A stretch of 64,000 bases of DNA from Basidiobolus meristosporus CBS 931.73 (GCA_002104905.1 MCFE01000181.1:1-64000); one strand, 5' to 3'. Positions 37,840-54,312 are shown, numbered from the stretch's first letter. Notes: generated from the letters alone by a model not told the origin. Numbers and translations: made by a program.

Positions 37840-39526
37840 CTAAATGATCTTTTGACTCCGGAAATACCACCCGCTAAGAATGAAGTAAACCAACATGAAC
37901 CCTACAATCGAAAGAAACCATACTAGATTCGGCTCTTCGCCTCCTGGTACACGAACGTTCATTCCCCATAAGCCGGTTATAAGGTTCAATGGGACAATCA
38001 TTGTGGCAATGACACTGAGCTTGGTCACCACCTGGTTGAGCTTATTACTAGTTTGAGTAATCTCAATGGATATTTGGGCCAGATGATTGGCATGTGCACG
38101 AGAGAGGATCTTTTCAAAATGAGCGGCGCTTTGGATCGTTGTCAGAATATGATCTACGAAAACTAAGGGATTAGAGGAACGATAGCTCAACTTAAGACCA
38201 TCAGACTTTACCTTGAATATCGCCTAGGTAGAGGGAAATCTCTAGCCCGTTTGTCCCGGCTTTCAAAGCCTCAACCCGTTTCTGAACGGAGCGTATCACA
38301 TATGCCTTGGGCTTCAAAACACGTAGAAATCCAGATAGAACTTTGCGAGCAACTCCAATTTGCCGCAATAAACCTGTCTCGTCCGACTCCCGCTGATCAA
38401 ACACCAGCTCGTCCATGGAGTCCGCCTCGGCCTCCAGTCTCTTACCCAGAAGAATGAAATCGTCCACCACAGCGTCCATAATGGCGTAATTGATCCAATC
38501 TGAAACGATATTCCTGGGTCAGATTTCATCCTCAAAGGAACGAATGGAGTCCAAAGATACCTGGGGTAAATTCGACATGGCCCTTCAATTCGTTGAAGCG
38601 ACGAATCACAGTCTCTGGGTGACTGCTCGGTTTGAAGTGAATCTTAAGGAAATAGGATTAGTTTGGAGTATTGGTTGGCATTAGGAACATTGAAGAGTAC
38701 CGTCAAGATCGAGGTCGCCATCACTATACTGTATATGCTGAAGGGCTCCTCGATCTTCGAGTAGCAGATCTCGTTCGCATCGTTCTCAAAGGTCTGTATA
38801 CTGACGAAGTAGTAGTTCCGAAAGGACTCACACTTCTCGCGAATCTCTTGTGTTTGGATATCTTCGACTGTGAGAGGGTGAATAGTGAAGAGCTACATCA
38901 AGGAGGCTTATTAACTTTTCTAGATAATCCCAGGCCCTACGCTACTCACCTCTCCTAGCCATTTTAATTCCGAATCTGTGGGATTTGTGACATCTAGCCA
39001 GAAATTCTCAGCAGCCAGCAGATCTGATAACGGTCGTTTTTCGGAGCCCAAGTCTGCCAAGGTTTCTCCTCGCACCCGGCCAATACCTTGAGAGAAGAAA
39101 TCAAAGCGAGGATTGTACATGCTTTGAGTAGCGATCTAGCAAAAGGAATGTTGGGATGACAGCTTCGCATGGATTTTGAAGTGGTAAGCAAACCTTCTTG
39201 AATCCATCCAGACTTCGGCTGTTACGGTAGGTTATTACTGTTGGCTTCTCATCCTTATAACTATTTCGAAGGAACTTTCCGAGTATCTCTAGGTTGACTG
39301 CAACTGACTCCTGAGATATGTTGGCAGCTGGGGATGTGCTTTCTGGGGGAACGTCCTTCGTCGGCTTGGACGTAAGTCTGACCCTGGGCATGGAATCGGA
39401 AAAGATGATCTCTTCGTCTACTTCTTCATCCGAGTCCTCCTCGTTCATGTACAGAACGAGCTCGGGTTCTCTGCTAATCGAACAATTCGTGGAAGAGGTT
39501 ATCTCGGTCAAAGATCGCTCAGGCAT
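37840..39526 (-). CDS. CorA-family Mg2+ transporter (Alr1/Mnr2-like), multi-exon
   Basis: FWLDVTNPT...IHPLTVEDI...WINYAIMDAVVDDF...LYLGDIQ|DH...PLNLITGLWGMNVRVPG (GMN signature), plus two TM helices. The start codon is uncertain. Confidence 0.9.
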
Positions 39527-42278
39527 TTTTCCTACTGATCTCTATTCGACAGCAAGGGATATTTAAACAACGTGGAACGTAATTTCCTTGACGCAATTGA
39601 CCGATTAGTGAAGCAGTATATTGACCGATCTACGCGTATCAAAGCAGGTATATCGAGAATGAGATTGATCGAGCAATCAATGCAAACAAGGTGAGCAACA
39701 GTGTTATTTTAAAATGTTTGTGGATGAACACTTCAAGGGAATTGGTCAGATCAAAAACCTAGTGTAAAGCTACAATATAATATGGTTTTTCAGCATGAAA
39801 CCTCACCACCCGAGTTCCTTGGACTACTTATAGTACTGAGTACTGCAGTGAAGAGGGAGGAATCAGGTATGCAACCTACAAGGTCAGCAAATCTGCACCT
39901 CCCATATTTTACGCATAATCCTCTCTGAATGATCTCACCTCCGGGTTTATTCATCAAACTAGCGAAATTGTGGTCGATGTCGATACAAACACCGGTATCT
40001 GCAAGATTGGCTCATTTGAGGGCACTGAATGCTGGTTTGGATGGACTATATGACCCCTTGCTGACTCCAGCCTCATGCCACATCCCAGGGTTGCCATGCG
40101 TGTTGGTTGTTTGATCGCATTCGGAGGATAATTTTGGGGGATGTGTAATTAGCAGGCAGTTGACAAGAGTCGCCCATTTAGGTTGCAAGTAGCCTGACTG
40201 TACCATATAGCAGCTAAAACTTCACTGGTAACATGAGCTTGGAAATGGTTTCAGTGGCAAGTAAACTGACCTTTGTCTATCGGAGAATCCGCATTGGTTT
40301 GGATTTACAAACACTTCTAGCACCAAGACAAACGATTACGTGGATAAAATAGATGCTTGATTAGGCACATAGGCAACATAACGCATCATACCGTAATTTA
40401 AATCACACTTGCCTGGCATGCACCATCATTATCTACAAGATAGCCCATCGACAAGCAGGCTTTCAAGGGAAGTCCCCTGATATATTCAGGAGGTCTTTTG
40501 ACACGAGGATCCGGTAGTATTTGAGCAATTAACACAAATATGATGGCATGCTCTCACGCGTGGGGCGTCACAGTCGACGGAACCAATACGTAGAGGCCAG
40601 CATTGGTTTTCCGGGATGGTATAAATGAGGTCCAGCATTGGGGATTCTGTTTATAGGGCTGAATTTCTGTTTTACTGCTTTCCTGCAGATCTTGTTGACT
40701 GCTCACCGATAAAATTCTATTTGTACAATGCAACCATGGAGCCATGTTAAAGTGGGATAAACCGACTTGGCCATGGTCTTGTTGAGGCTCAGATGGAAGG
40801 TTGGGTCCATATCACTCCTCAGAGGACCTATTAGAACTTTGAAACCTCTGCGAACAAAACCTGAGGATAGCACACCACTACACTATATCTGTCAATTCAA
40901 TTCTTTCCATGGATGAGATCCACCAAATGATTTAGATGCTCCAGCGCCCTCTAAGCCTCTCAGAGTAAAGTTTCACACGTTAAACCCGAACCCAGAGGTC
41001 AGGGCAATTACTGATTAATGGCAGTCAGACATTGTGTGCACCCATTGCCAAATAGCATCCGCTGCTCGTGAACTTGCAATGGCCACTAGCTTATCCACAA
41101 AGTCCAAAACATCTCGTTTCTCTAAACATCCATTAGCCATGGAGTTCAAACTATACATCCCAAATCAATTGCGTTCTGTCTGTGACACCGAATCACGTGG
41201 TGAGCGAGGTGAACCGCGGTTGTAGCATATTTGCGATAACCTCTAGCTTTTCACAAGGAGTCTCACACGCATCAACATCGCCTCCTTCTGGCATTGAGGT
41301 TATATCCCCAATTGCAACGCCGCTCGAAAAGATGTGTCCACTTCATATCCCAACCGCATGCCGGTTCCATCGGAAGCTCACCATCAGCGCAATAATCCTA
41401 CTGGATTGAATCTTATGATTCCGTCGACTCACTGAAAGAATCAGAATCAATTGCATCATTGCTCTACAGTATATTAGCCACACCCTGTATTTCCAAATGT
41501 CAGTCAGGCGGTTTAATCAAGATACAGTAGGGCATCCAGACCACATCTGGGAGTCTAATCTTGTGCTAACTCATGGCCTATCAGACGTGAGGCATCGTTA
41601 TAATCTATGTATTCAAAATCTAGAAGTACAAGACGCAGGAGCACTCATGGCAATGCCAAGGCAATGTTATGCAAATTTGAATATCATACTACACCAACTC
41701 CCATATATATCGTTTCCATTAATTTCACCCAATCGATGTGGCAAAGACTCAAGTATAATTCAATTTAAAGTCTAACCAATAGGCCAGAGAGCCGCCACCC
41801 AAAATTTGTTGATATCGATATTGGAAATGTGGTGGCATTACCATAGAGGTAACATGTCCGCTTTCAGGTACATAGAGCCCTCATAGTTGAAAGGATCCCT
41901 CAAAAGAACTCCCGACGAATTTGGCATTTCTCCTATTTTTTAAGCTCAAGTTTCAGTTTTGATATGCTTTTCCATCTTATTGGAGCAGGGTGGGCTTCTT
42001 CCCGCGTGTAACAATAAGTTGACTACTTCTACTTTGAGTAATCCCACTCAAATGGGATCCACTCATATTCTCCAATCCCAATTGGAATCTCAGTTGCAAC
42101 CCATATACCCAACACAAAACATCAATTGAGCCGTATTTAAAACTCTCAAATCATTCAGGAGTCGTATCTTGGCTTCGTTGGCTTCTGTTTCTATTCAATT
42201 AGAAATTAATGTAAGTTCCTTCTTTTTGCGTATTCCTTCGGGCTGTTGGGATGGAAACACTAACCTTTTACCAGAACC

Positions 42279-43370
42279 ATGCCTCCATTCGTAGAACCGG
42301 TCGTAGAAGTGCCCGAGAAGTCGGCCCATGCTGATCGCCGTCACCCTCTCTACATTGGTGACTGGGAGCGTTCAATCCCGTACGTTGATGAAACCTTTGC
42401 CAAAGATGACCTGGACGAACCTCATTTCAAACGTAAGCGGGCTATTCTTGAGAAGCACCCTGAGATTGAAGAGCTCTACGGCATTGATAAAAGCACAAAA
42501 TGGATCACCTTTGCCACTGTCTCTGCTCATCTATTCTGTGCGTACTTATTTGGGCGCGTTCTTCTTGACTGGAACTGGACCATGGTGATTTGCTCATACG
42601 CCGTTGGAGGAACCCTCACTCAGGCTTTTGGGTCGATCATCCACGAATGCTGCCATGCTTTGGCTCATGAATCCCTCTTTGTCAACCGTCTGCTTGGTTT
42701 GTTTGTCAACATCGGGATTCCAGTTCCAATTGCACAATCCTTCCGTAGATACCACTTGGAGCATCACACTTTCCAGGGCGTTCTAGGCAAAGATCCCGAT
42801 CTTCCTTTGGACTGGGAAGTTACATTGATCAGCGGCAACGCATTTCTCAAGTTCTTGTGGCTCTTGATTTTCCCAGTCATGTATGTGGTTCGTGGTGCCG
42901 CCATGGGCAAGAATCCTTCTTTCTGGGAAATCGTGAACATTATCTTCACCATCATTACCGATATCTGCATCTGGTTCGTGTGTGGCCCCCGAGGATTTCT
43001 TTACATGATGCTCTCGTTGTGGTGGGGCTACAGCATTAATCCCGCCGCTGCCCATTTCATCCAAGAGCACTACACCTGGGATGATGGACAGGAGACCTAC
43101 TCATACTACGGCAGCATGAACAAGCTGACGCTCAACATCGGATTCCACAACGAACATCATGACTTCACCAAGGTAGCCTGGTCCAAGCTCCCAGCCATCC
43201 GTGAAATTGCCCCCGAGTTCTACAATACCATCCATTACCATGACTCCTGGTTCCGAGTCCTCTGGGAATTCGTTACTCAGCCAACCTTCGGGCCTCAGAG
43301 CCGAGTTGGCCGGGAATATTCCGACCACCTGAAGGCCAGAAAATTAGTGAAAACCGAAAAAACCCAATGA
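42279..43370 (+). CDS. DES1: Sphingolipid delta-4 desaturase / dihydroceramide desaturase
   Basis: 363-aa single exon. EPHFKRKRAILEKHPEI, His boxes HECCH, RRYHLEHH, HNEHH, and QETYSYYG. Confidence 0.93.
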   Translation: MPPFVEPVVEVPEKSAHADRRHPLYIGDWERSIPYVDETFAKDDLDEPHFKRKRAILEKHPEIEELYGIDKSTKWITFATVSAHLFCAYLFGRVLLDWNWTMVICSYAVGGTLTQAFGSIIHECCHALAHESLFVNRLLGLFVNIGIPVPIAQSFRRYHLEHHTFQGVLGKDPDLPLDWEVTLISGNAFLKFLWLLIFPVMYVVRGAAMGKNPSFWEIVNIIFTIITDICIWFVCGPRGFLYMMLSLWWGYSINPAAAHFIQEHYTWDDGQETYSYYGSMNKLTLNIGFHNEHHDFTKVAWSKLPAIREIAPEFYNTIHYHDSWFRVLWEFVTQPTFGPQSRVGREYSDHLKARKLVKTEKTQ

Positions 43371-44601
43371 GCACTCCTACGAATCCGGTTAATCTTATTA
43401 ATAATACCCTGGAGACACCGTTTTGATTGTATTTTTTTCACACTATAATAAATTGTATTTTATTATCCACCACCCACAACGCAGCACCCATTGGTCCATT
43501 CAGGCGGGTCAATCTTCTCCATCAAGCGCTTGGCAAGCGCCTGCCCGAGTTGGAGAGAATCACCCCACATATTCGGATAATTCCCAATTCGTCGACCTAA
43601 GCAAAGTACCCGAGCTAAAGCATCCAAGCTTTCCAGCTAGTTAAGCCTTTATCGGTCATGCATCTCTGAGGCTTGTGCCATAGATCAAATACATATCGAG
43701 AAGTCTTAGTACACCACTCGATTGGTCCTTCTACGGTTGATTTCTAAATTAGCACAAGCGACCGATCCTTACTTGGGTAGCGCCTTGGGCAAAATTGCGC
43801 TTTTCGATCCAAGAGCACAGGCATACATACGGACATACACACATGGGCAGCCAAGAAACCTGGGAAGGGTTCTTTCCAGCCGCTTGTGGAATATTCAAAG
43901 ATTGTTCAGGTTTTGCGAGTAGAATGGCCAATGGCCTTGCTCTGTTACTTACACACCTAATGCAGGAGTAATGAATGATTGCTCCATACGCCATTCAACG
44001 GCTTTGGGTATCCTGACAACCTTGTGAAAACATCAGCAGGTAGAAATACGGCCGGCTGACTCAAGTGGAACATGTCGCGAAATAGTACCACAAGCTGATA
44101 CGTTGATGGCTGATATGTAGGCTTGTGAGAAAAAGTCCTAAGGAAATTGCTTGTTACACCCATTTCCCATTGCAATACGAATCCTGTGGTTGCACGAATT
44201 TGAGAATCACGGTATATTTTGCTGACTAGCTGGTTGGCACCATGACCTTTAGCAATCTGGGCCGCGCTTTCGACTCCATTATCCTTGTCAACCTTGGATC
44301 ATCACAGATTGACGAGATCTGATCTCACTCGCTCCTGTGCATGGTATTAAGTTTGCAAGGAATTACAGGTCCAAAGGCACCGCAACAAGACCTTGGAATC
44401 TACAATACCTGATGTTAAGGTAACAATTAGTACGTATTGTGAAACCCTTTGGAGTGGTACTATGGCCAGAGGGAATGGCAAGGAAGTCATAAAAGCATCG
44501 TACCAGCGCTGGCCCAACCCACCACTGATTAATCTTCACTAACCATCCCACAGTTAACTTCCCTACCTTCTAAAGTAAACCTATAATACCATTCTCGAAG
44601 C

Positions 44602-45424
44602 ATGGCGCTTGTTGATTTTATTACTCATCGACTGTCGAACTTCTCAAGTATTCACAATCCTTTAAAATGTGGATTCAAAAGGAAGAGTGCCAAATTCTCT
44701 GATATCGACGGTGATGGTAAGCCTTCTGAGCACTTGCCCCATTCCAGATAGTCTGACTAAATCGGCCCCGTTTTCCAGCCACCTTGTTTGCTCTACTCCA
44801 TGCCAAAGACCAATTTTCTACTCCATGGCTAGGGTTTTCCCAGCGCTCGCATCCTTCCGCATTGTCCAACATCTCCTTGAACCAAATATCACATGACGTC
44901 AAGGTCGTGTATCTCCCGCTAAGTCTCAATCCAACCACCCATCACATCGTCAACGTCTACCAACTCAACGACAAGCGTTTGCTGCTGGTTGTGGAAAACT
45001 TTGTTACTGGCTGTACCGAGATATACCTGGAGAGCATCAAGAACCTGAACTCCGCGTTGGCAGAAAAATCCCCCGTGGCTACCGTGAACAAGCTATGCCA
45101 GTTGTCCGCCTTGGACGCAATCCAAGGAACACTCGCGTTATATAGTGTCGTGGAAGGAGAGGTATGTCCCCGCTCGTTAGATGCCAATTTACCGAGTCCC
45201 CTGGCTAATTTTCAACCTGCTAGCTCTACACGTTTCAATTCGCTGCGGACGGGGACGAGGTTTATGTCAAAAAGACCCGAATCCCGTTGAAAAGTCACTT
45301 CAAAAAACAGCAGCTCCCCAAGATTCGACAGTTGCTGTTCATTCTTGGGACCAGTGAGTTGTGCTTTGTCGAGACCGGATCGAAGGTGAGGATCTTCAAC
45401 CTTCGACGCAAGCGGTTCAACTGA
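44602..45424 (+). CDS. Uncharacterised 232-aa protein or truncated gene fragment, 3 exons
   Basis: Exons 44602-44716, 44779-45161 and 45224-45424 splice in frame through canonical GT-AG introns (699 nt): MALVDFITHRL...GDATLFALLH...VEGELYTFQF...SELCFVETGSKVRIFNLRRKRFN*. No family recognised. Confidence 0.55.
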
Positions 45425-46149
45425 GACGAGCCCTGGTTGTCATTCCCCGGTCCTCCGCAATCTGGGAGGTTTAAGTTCATTTGTAGATATAGAAAGGCAT
45501 GCACCTGAAATGATTCTCTAAGCCATTGGGTATGTATATACATTATACATGGTATACTGCATTGTTTATGTTTTCCGGTTTAGTTTCTAGACTAACTTCG
45601 CTACATATTTTAATCCGTTAAATCATTTGTAAATATTTCAATACTCATCTCATTAATACCATATCTCCAAATGCGCAGTTCCTGTGTACTCTAATTATCT
45701 AGCACCTTATAAATGTATCTAGTTGTATATGTAACCAATTATGTATTTCTTGCAATAAATATTCTCTATAGCCAACCAAGCGCATCCAACCTACCCTTGC
45801 CATACCTGCTGCTACCGAGATCAACCGAGTCGTGTTCCCTACCAGCATATGAAACTATGGTGAGAACAAATTACCACCCCATATCTTTGGGATCACTTGA
45901 ATGCCACTTTCATTGCATGAAGTTGATTTAGAAATCAATTCAGTAGACACCGTTGATGGCGGTCTACAAGCAAGTAAGGCCGAATGGATGTGCTTGTCCT
46001 GATCGCTTTTGAAATGTTCCTAGTGAATGGTCTATGGGGGCGTCGAATCGAGGGGCTGTTCATCAGCAAGAAAATCGTCAAGTTGAGCTAAGATACAGGT
46101 ACAGGTTACAGGTAGATTTACGAGGTTCAATATTTAATTTATCGCTACT

Positions 46150-47242
46150 TTATTGTTTGTTTCCTCCTTGAATAATATTTACGAGCCTATCCAACAGGGC
46201 AGAGTTAGTATGAGCGATTCCGACGAGAACCGTACCGAACTTACCAATCCAGCCCTTCAGTCAACCCTTCGCCTTTGATTGCGCTAGTTTTGGTGATGGA
46301 CCATTGGCGGTTTCGTAACAGACTCAGTCCTAGCCCCTCCGAAACTTCAGCTGGTGTCATGGCGCCTGGCATATCTTGCTTGTTGGCAAATACTAGCAGA
46401 GCTGCATCACGCAATTCTTCCTCCTACAACGAATGTTTGTTCAACGCCGGGTCAACGAGATATGACAGGAATATCCCCCACCTCCAACATCGCAACTAGC
46501 TCTTCACGCGATGTACCAATACGATCTCTATCACAACTATCAACCACGTAGATGACGGCATCAGTGTTTGCGTAATAGCAGCGCCAGTAGGGTCTATTCG
46601 AAAGATTGTCAGATCCATTTGCTATCCACCAGAAGCTTGCCATTCAGCTGATTGTGTATATGCTTACCTTATACTCGTTTGGCCTATTTGAGTTCAGCGG
46701 ATAAGCGAAGGTTGGTGGGAAAGCATTACAAGCCGGATAAGTGTTATTATTTACTAACCTCCAAGATCCCAAACTATTCATCGTGGGAAGATTCGTTGGT
46801 TAAAGCGGTCGAGGGTTGGGAGTTTCTTAATGACTAACCTTGAAGCTTTATATTCTTGTATGTGACAGTTTCGACGTTGAACCCAATTGCTGTAAGGAAG
46901 ATAAAGCGACATCAGGCGCTAAGGAACAAGAGGTATTCCAAAGATCACTTGGAATAAATAACAGTACGTACTAGGGATGGTTGCTACAACTTCGCCAATC
47001 TTTTCTCAACAGGTTACGATGTTGCTCAAGGTGCATCAAAGGATACAGCATAGATACCTGGAGTCGATACAGAATAGTTGTCTTGCCAGCCCCATCTAGG
47101 CCTAAAATAAGAATTCGGACATCTTTCTCACCCCAAAGTCGTGAGAATAATTTGGTGAAGATTTGACCTAACGATCGGGATTGTTAACAAGAAAGCTGGA
47201 TGGCCGTGGTGTAGAGTTTAAAGTGACAAGAATCGTACCCAT
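46150..47242 (-). CDS. ARL1: ADP-ribosylation factor-like GTPase 1, multi-exon with a 4-nt first coding exon
   Basis: ATGG|gtacga; [23 protein letters not shown]; IGFNVETV; [27 protein letters not shown]; [10 protein letters not shown]; TSAIKGEGL. Confidence 0.92.
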
Positions 47243-49080
47243 TTATGACACAAATATAAGGTATGAAGAGCCTATTGAGCAAAAGAAGATAAGGTATACT
47301 AGGTCGAGACACAGTTAGGGGTGACGCTCGCTGCTTACGGTATGTCAAAGAAACCCTACCTTGTGCCAATATGTTAAAGTGAAGGTGTGTTAGAGAAGTG
47401 TATAAAAATCGTGAAGTAAAGTCAGCGCGGAGTGCTGTATGAGATCAATAGTTCAGACCTGATGAAATCAAATGTTGGTAATTTTAAAGTTCATACTTCA
47501 AATAAGATTATTCAATATATCTATTACATACTCGCCTTTGATTGATCTAAATAGAAATGGATATATGAGTTCATGCGGCATATAAGTGACGTACGCATGG
47601 AGGAAATTCATCACAGCTCACTAAAATCGATACACACTAACTGGTTTTTGGTAATTCTGTTCGTCAACAGCCATCCTTGAGGATTCCATCGCCAAGCCTG
47701 GCTGGACCCCACCCACACAACGGAAGCTCGAGAAACTTTGCTCCATAATCGTTGTTCACACGGGGCAGGCTAATGCCTGGAGAATGAATTGGCTAGAATG
47801 ATCACACAAGTCCCAGTGTGCACTGGATTTAGCCAACTGCAAGCAATTCTTCAGATTTAGTGCTTGATCAGGTATTCACTACGATCAATTCCCATGCCTG
47901 TTCAAGTGAGAGCTTTGGATATTTTATCATGATGGATAGATAATGTGTAGCAAGCCCGATTGTTTATGTAATAGACTTCCGGGATGATCAATGCCTGAAA
48001 AGAGCACTTGAGGCTGTAGAGTGGATTCAGATCCTGTGTGACCAGGTCGCTCTTTGTGATGGATAGGACAAGGCATATTTTGCCTCGACCCCATACGGAG
48101 TAAGTTATACTTTGTGCTCATGTAAGGGCAAATGGCTATTGCAGGTTCTCTACGTTCGAATACTTCAGCAGCAACTTTATCCTCTCCTGGCGATTCTGTA
48201 TCACGTCTGTTTGTTTCTTGTGCGATCGCATCACGCATACAAAGTCATTTTGGGCGGTGACTGAGTGGTCATAAAAGTCACGAATATTCCAAATGCCAGT
48301 CTTGTGCGCAACATACAACGGTTGATATTTTCTCAGCCATGATTTTCGATGTTTCACAGCCCTGGATGCACGAATTCGACCTTCCAGAAATTCCCGATGC
48401 GTGATTAGACCGAATTCGTGCACTTCTTTCCCTTCAGCTTCTTCGCGACGTTCATCAATGCCGCGGTAGGAGAAATCGATGGCGACCGGCATTTGGGCCC
48501 GTTGAGTATCCTGACGAACGCGCTCTACATACCACTCACTTGTAGCTCTAGTTGGCCTGATATGCCAGGGTGAGTGGGTTGAAACCCGATTTGCAAGCTA
48601 CTCATCTGCCAAGCCAATATCTTGACATGCTTGGCGTATAGCTGATCTATTCTACCTTTATTTATGTACAACGATAGAGTGGGTGCTCTATGATATTTAC
48701 ATGGTTCGTCAAGTACTGGTACTGCAGATTTCCAAACACAGCCTGATAATGATCATGAAACAAAACCAGGGCTAGTCTGAGTTCAGATTGCATGTACTCA
48801 AGATCGAACATCTCAATTCTGCTGACATATTGCATTGCTGAAAAACAAGCTTCGCTGCTTCGGTTGACTTGATATTTATTACTATCGATTGGAATAAGGT
48901 GTTTGAAGCGGAAGAGTGATGGTTTGTGAGTGATTGATGCGCGATGCTAAACTAGTTAAAGAGCTCCATTATTCGTCACGGTTTTGTCGGAACATGAGAG
49001 CAAAATACTTCAATGGCGAGCAGCCTAGAATTAACCCACATACTCACTGGTAGGCTAGTCTAGAGGGATGATGATGAGGC

Positions 49081-51190
<2,110 letters not shown>

Positions 51191-52265
51191 GGTGTAGCAG
51201 GACCTTTGGTAGACAAAGCTTCTGACTTCGGAGGAACTGGGGAAGAGAAGTAGTGCGGAGTACGCAAGCAATTCAGGTTAAAGCTGGAAAGTGGGCCTAA
51301 ACGTCAAGTGGCATAATTTTTGAAAATTTTAAGGCATTAAATTGTTGAACTCAAAAATTATCATCATGTGGTATCTGTAGAAGGGAATTGGCATTTGGAA
51401 ATGAATGTGACTTCCTGAATTGGTACTTGCTTGGTGAATTGCTAGAACTGGCTGAGCTGATCTATTATGAGTCACATATGTTCAACTCATGGCAACGAGC
51501 CCGATAGCAGTGAAAGCTCTGTAAATGGCCCATACCGGTGACGGAAATGTCAAATCTTCACTCACAGCCAATAAGGTTATCTCCATGCTATCTGATAACG
51601 ATAAGTGCTGAAGAGGCGAGCCAGATATCCAGATATGGCGTTGCTTTGACTGAATTCTTCACTTGACTCCGGTGATATTCGGCAAATACCAGTGAATTCG
51701 TGTAATCACTCGAATTAAACGATGCCTTTATTTAGGCATCATATTACGTCAATTCAAGGAGCAGGCTCAGTATCCTGAAATGTATTCTCTGCTGCTCAGG
51801 TATTATAACAGTCGGGTTGTATCACTATGGGATTGAATATACAAATCTCGATTGAGCTCCAATGAAATATGAATCTCGGAAAATTTCCAGCCCTATACTA
51901 GGTGATGAGTACGTTTACTAAGGGGCTGGTCGGTCAATTTCGGTACTCGCTACTTGTAACAGGATGGGGATGAAGGGCGGGGGTCTCTGAAAAGGGTTGA
52001 GATCACCAGGGACATCATGGATGCTATTATCCGCCATAAATCACTCCACCTGATGCAATGAACGCTGTTGCTACGAGGCTTTTATTGATCCTGGTTATAA
52101 AATAAGTACGAGGCAGATTTTAGCGAATGGCTCACATTCATTAACTGTTGTTTACCGGTGAGTGCTCACCTGCTAGCCTACGCAACACGTGAAAATAGGC
52201 GTAAAAACTAGGTGATGGTCAAAATTTTGATGCTATATATTATCAGAGAAATGAAAAGCCAATGT

Positions 52266-54021
52266 TTACTGAACCAAGAGTTTAACACTAGTGCGTGGAA
52301 GAACTTCTTCCTGCTCTGCAATCACGTAAGCCCAGGTTGCCATGGTGGCTGCGTTAGCTGATAAATCATCTGGGTTCAAAGCTTCCATTCGATCACCTGC
52401 ACTATGATGGTAGTAGAAATAGCCTTTCTGATAGGCAGCGTCGGGTGTAAGACCGGTAATGTGATCTGCAGTGACAAACTCTCCGCACGGAACCCCAGCG
52501 GCGCAAAGGTTTGATACATCAGCGCCTGCACCTCCCTTTACAACATTACCTGCTGAAAGACTGGAAAGATACTCGGCTCCAATCCTGGCGATCGCTTGCT
52601 GGGCGGCATCACTACCTTGGAATGAGATTCCCCAAGGCTTGAAGTTGCCAGAGTCAGATTCCAAAGCAAACACATGTTTATCGATCTCGTTTTTGTAATG
52701 CTCGAAGTAAGCGCGTGAGCCTGCTCCGCCGTTCTCTTCGTCAACCCAGAACACTGCCCGAACTAATATAAAATAAGCATCATGCTACATTTACCTTTGG
52801 TATATCAGACACTTACCGGTTCGTCGTGGACGTGTGGGCAATTCAGAAATCAGACGAAGTGCTTCCCAGCCTGTAAATGCGCCGCCCCCGTCATCCATAG
52901 CACCCACTCCAATGTCCCATGAATCTATGTGACCGCCGATAACTACGATCTCATCAGGTTTCTCTCGGCCCTTTACCTCAACGATTATGTTACGCGAGAC
53001 TTTGGAGAGAGGCTTGTAGGTATTTCTGAGGCGCAGGTTCACACGGGGTATAGGGAAAAGTTTCTTGTTGGCATATCTCTCGTCGGTAGAGATTGAGCGA
53101 TTGTACATACGGCCTAGCAAATTGGCGTCTTCTAGTGAGATTGCTGCGGAAGGAATACTAAAATGTAGATTAGTTTCTAGCTCATTCGTGATGTAGTGCA
53201 ATCAACATACGTGGCTCTAGTCGAGGAACCAATATGGATGGTGTTGAGTGAGAATGGAGTGACTGATCGAACTAGCGCAGCAATTGCACCATATTTCTCA
53301 GCAATGACTGCACCTTTGGAGCGGTAGCCAACACTTTTTCCGTATGTGGTAAATGGATTGTTGAATAGTACTATTTTCCCCTTGACCTTGTCTTTTAGCG
53401 ACTCAAGTTCGTCAGAGCCACTAACAACGATCACTTCGGCCGTTAAACCATGACGACCTGTTTCGGCCGACCGCCCGAGTGCCTTGACGTCCAGATCAAC
53501 CTTGCCGCGAGTGGGTGTAAATAGACTGAGCGATTCTTCTTGACGGTGCCATACGTCGACCTGTAGTACGGTCAGATAGTTGGTAAATCTGATTGATCCA
53601 ACATGTAACCTACCTTCACATTTTGAGTTGTAACAGTAAGGTTTTTGTCCTCCTTTCGAATGGTACGAACAATCCAGTCAATGGACTAAAATACACATTT
53701 GAATCAGCTGATTTGTAGATTAGATAAATCGATGATATCCTTACGTCCTCAAGATTCTTAGACCCAGTGGGTCTGGCGCCGTAAAGGTCAGTCATTTCAG
53801 CAAGACGATCCCAGCTTTTTCTACTCGCAGCATTAGAAATTAGTATAGCCAGCGAAATGCAAACCATCGGGGACATACTTGGAGTTCAAGCCTGTGTCAA
53901 TCAGTTGCTTGACCGTAGTGGCGATATTAACAGTTATTGGCGCATCGGCAGCGTAGGCGGCAGTGCCTAGCAGGGAAAGCGCGTACAAACTGCAAACTAT
54001 TGCTTGTGAGGGACGTGTCAT
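52266..54021 (-). CDS. CPQ: Secreted M28 metallopeptidase, carboxypeptidase Q-like, multi-exon
   Basis: Signal peptide; SWDRLAEMTDLYGARPTGSKNLE; PA-domain KGKIVLFN...AEKYGAIAALVRSVTPFSL; IVVIGGHIDSWDIGVGAMDDGGG; FW..EE.GG.G; ALESDSG; YYHHSAGD. Confidence 0.88.
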
Positions 54022-54312
54022 ATTTGATGGGCTTGCAGTATATGGTCAAGCAGATCGAGGGTTTTTCGACTGTTCCGTGAGGGTAACGACTGAGGGCTAA
54101 TTTATATCCTTTGTTCCTTATATTTCAAACCGTCCGACTTCACGCAGCTAATCCGGAATTATTAACAACTGATTTGTTCTTTACTATGACGCAAAACCGA
54201 TGGGTGGTTTCATGATCATTGGAAATGGTAAATTTGTCAGTTTGACCAATAATTAGATGGCAATTTTAGGTCAATGGGAGTGAAGTGATACAAATACAGT
54301 GGCACAATGTGA

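Noticed and set aside
39900-41800. Scattered ORFs and coding-like minus-strand frames
   Set aside because: Frequent stops, no family motif and no convincing exon chain.
47900-48530. Overlapping minus-strand ORFs (118 aa and 103 aa) between ARL1 and the SPX-SerB gene
   Set aside because: Possibly a frameshifted relic, but there is no recognisable motif or splice support.
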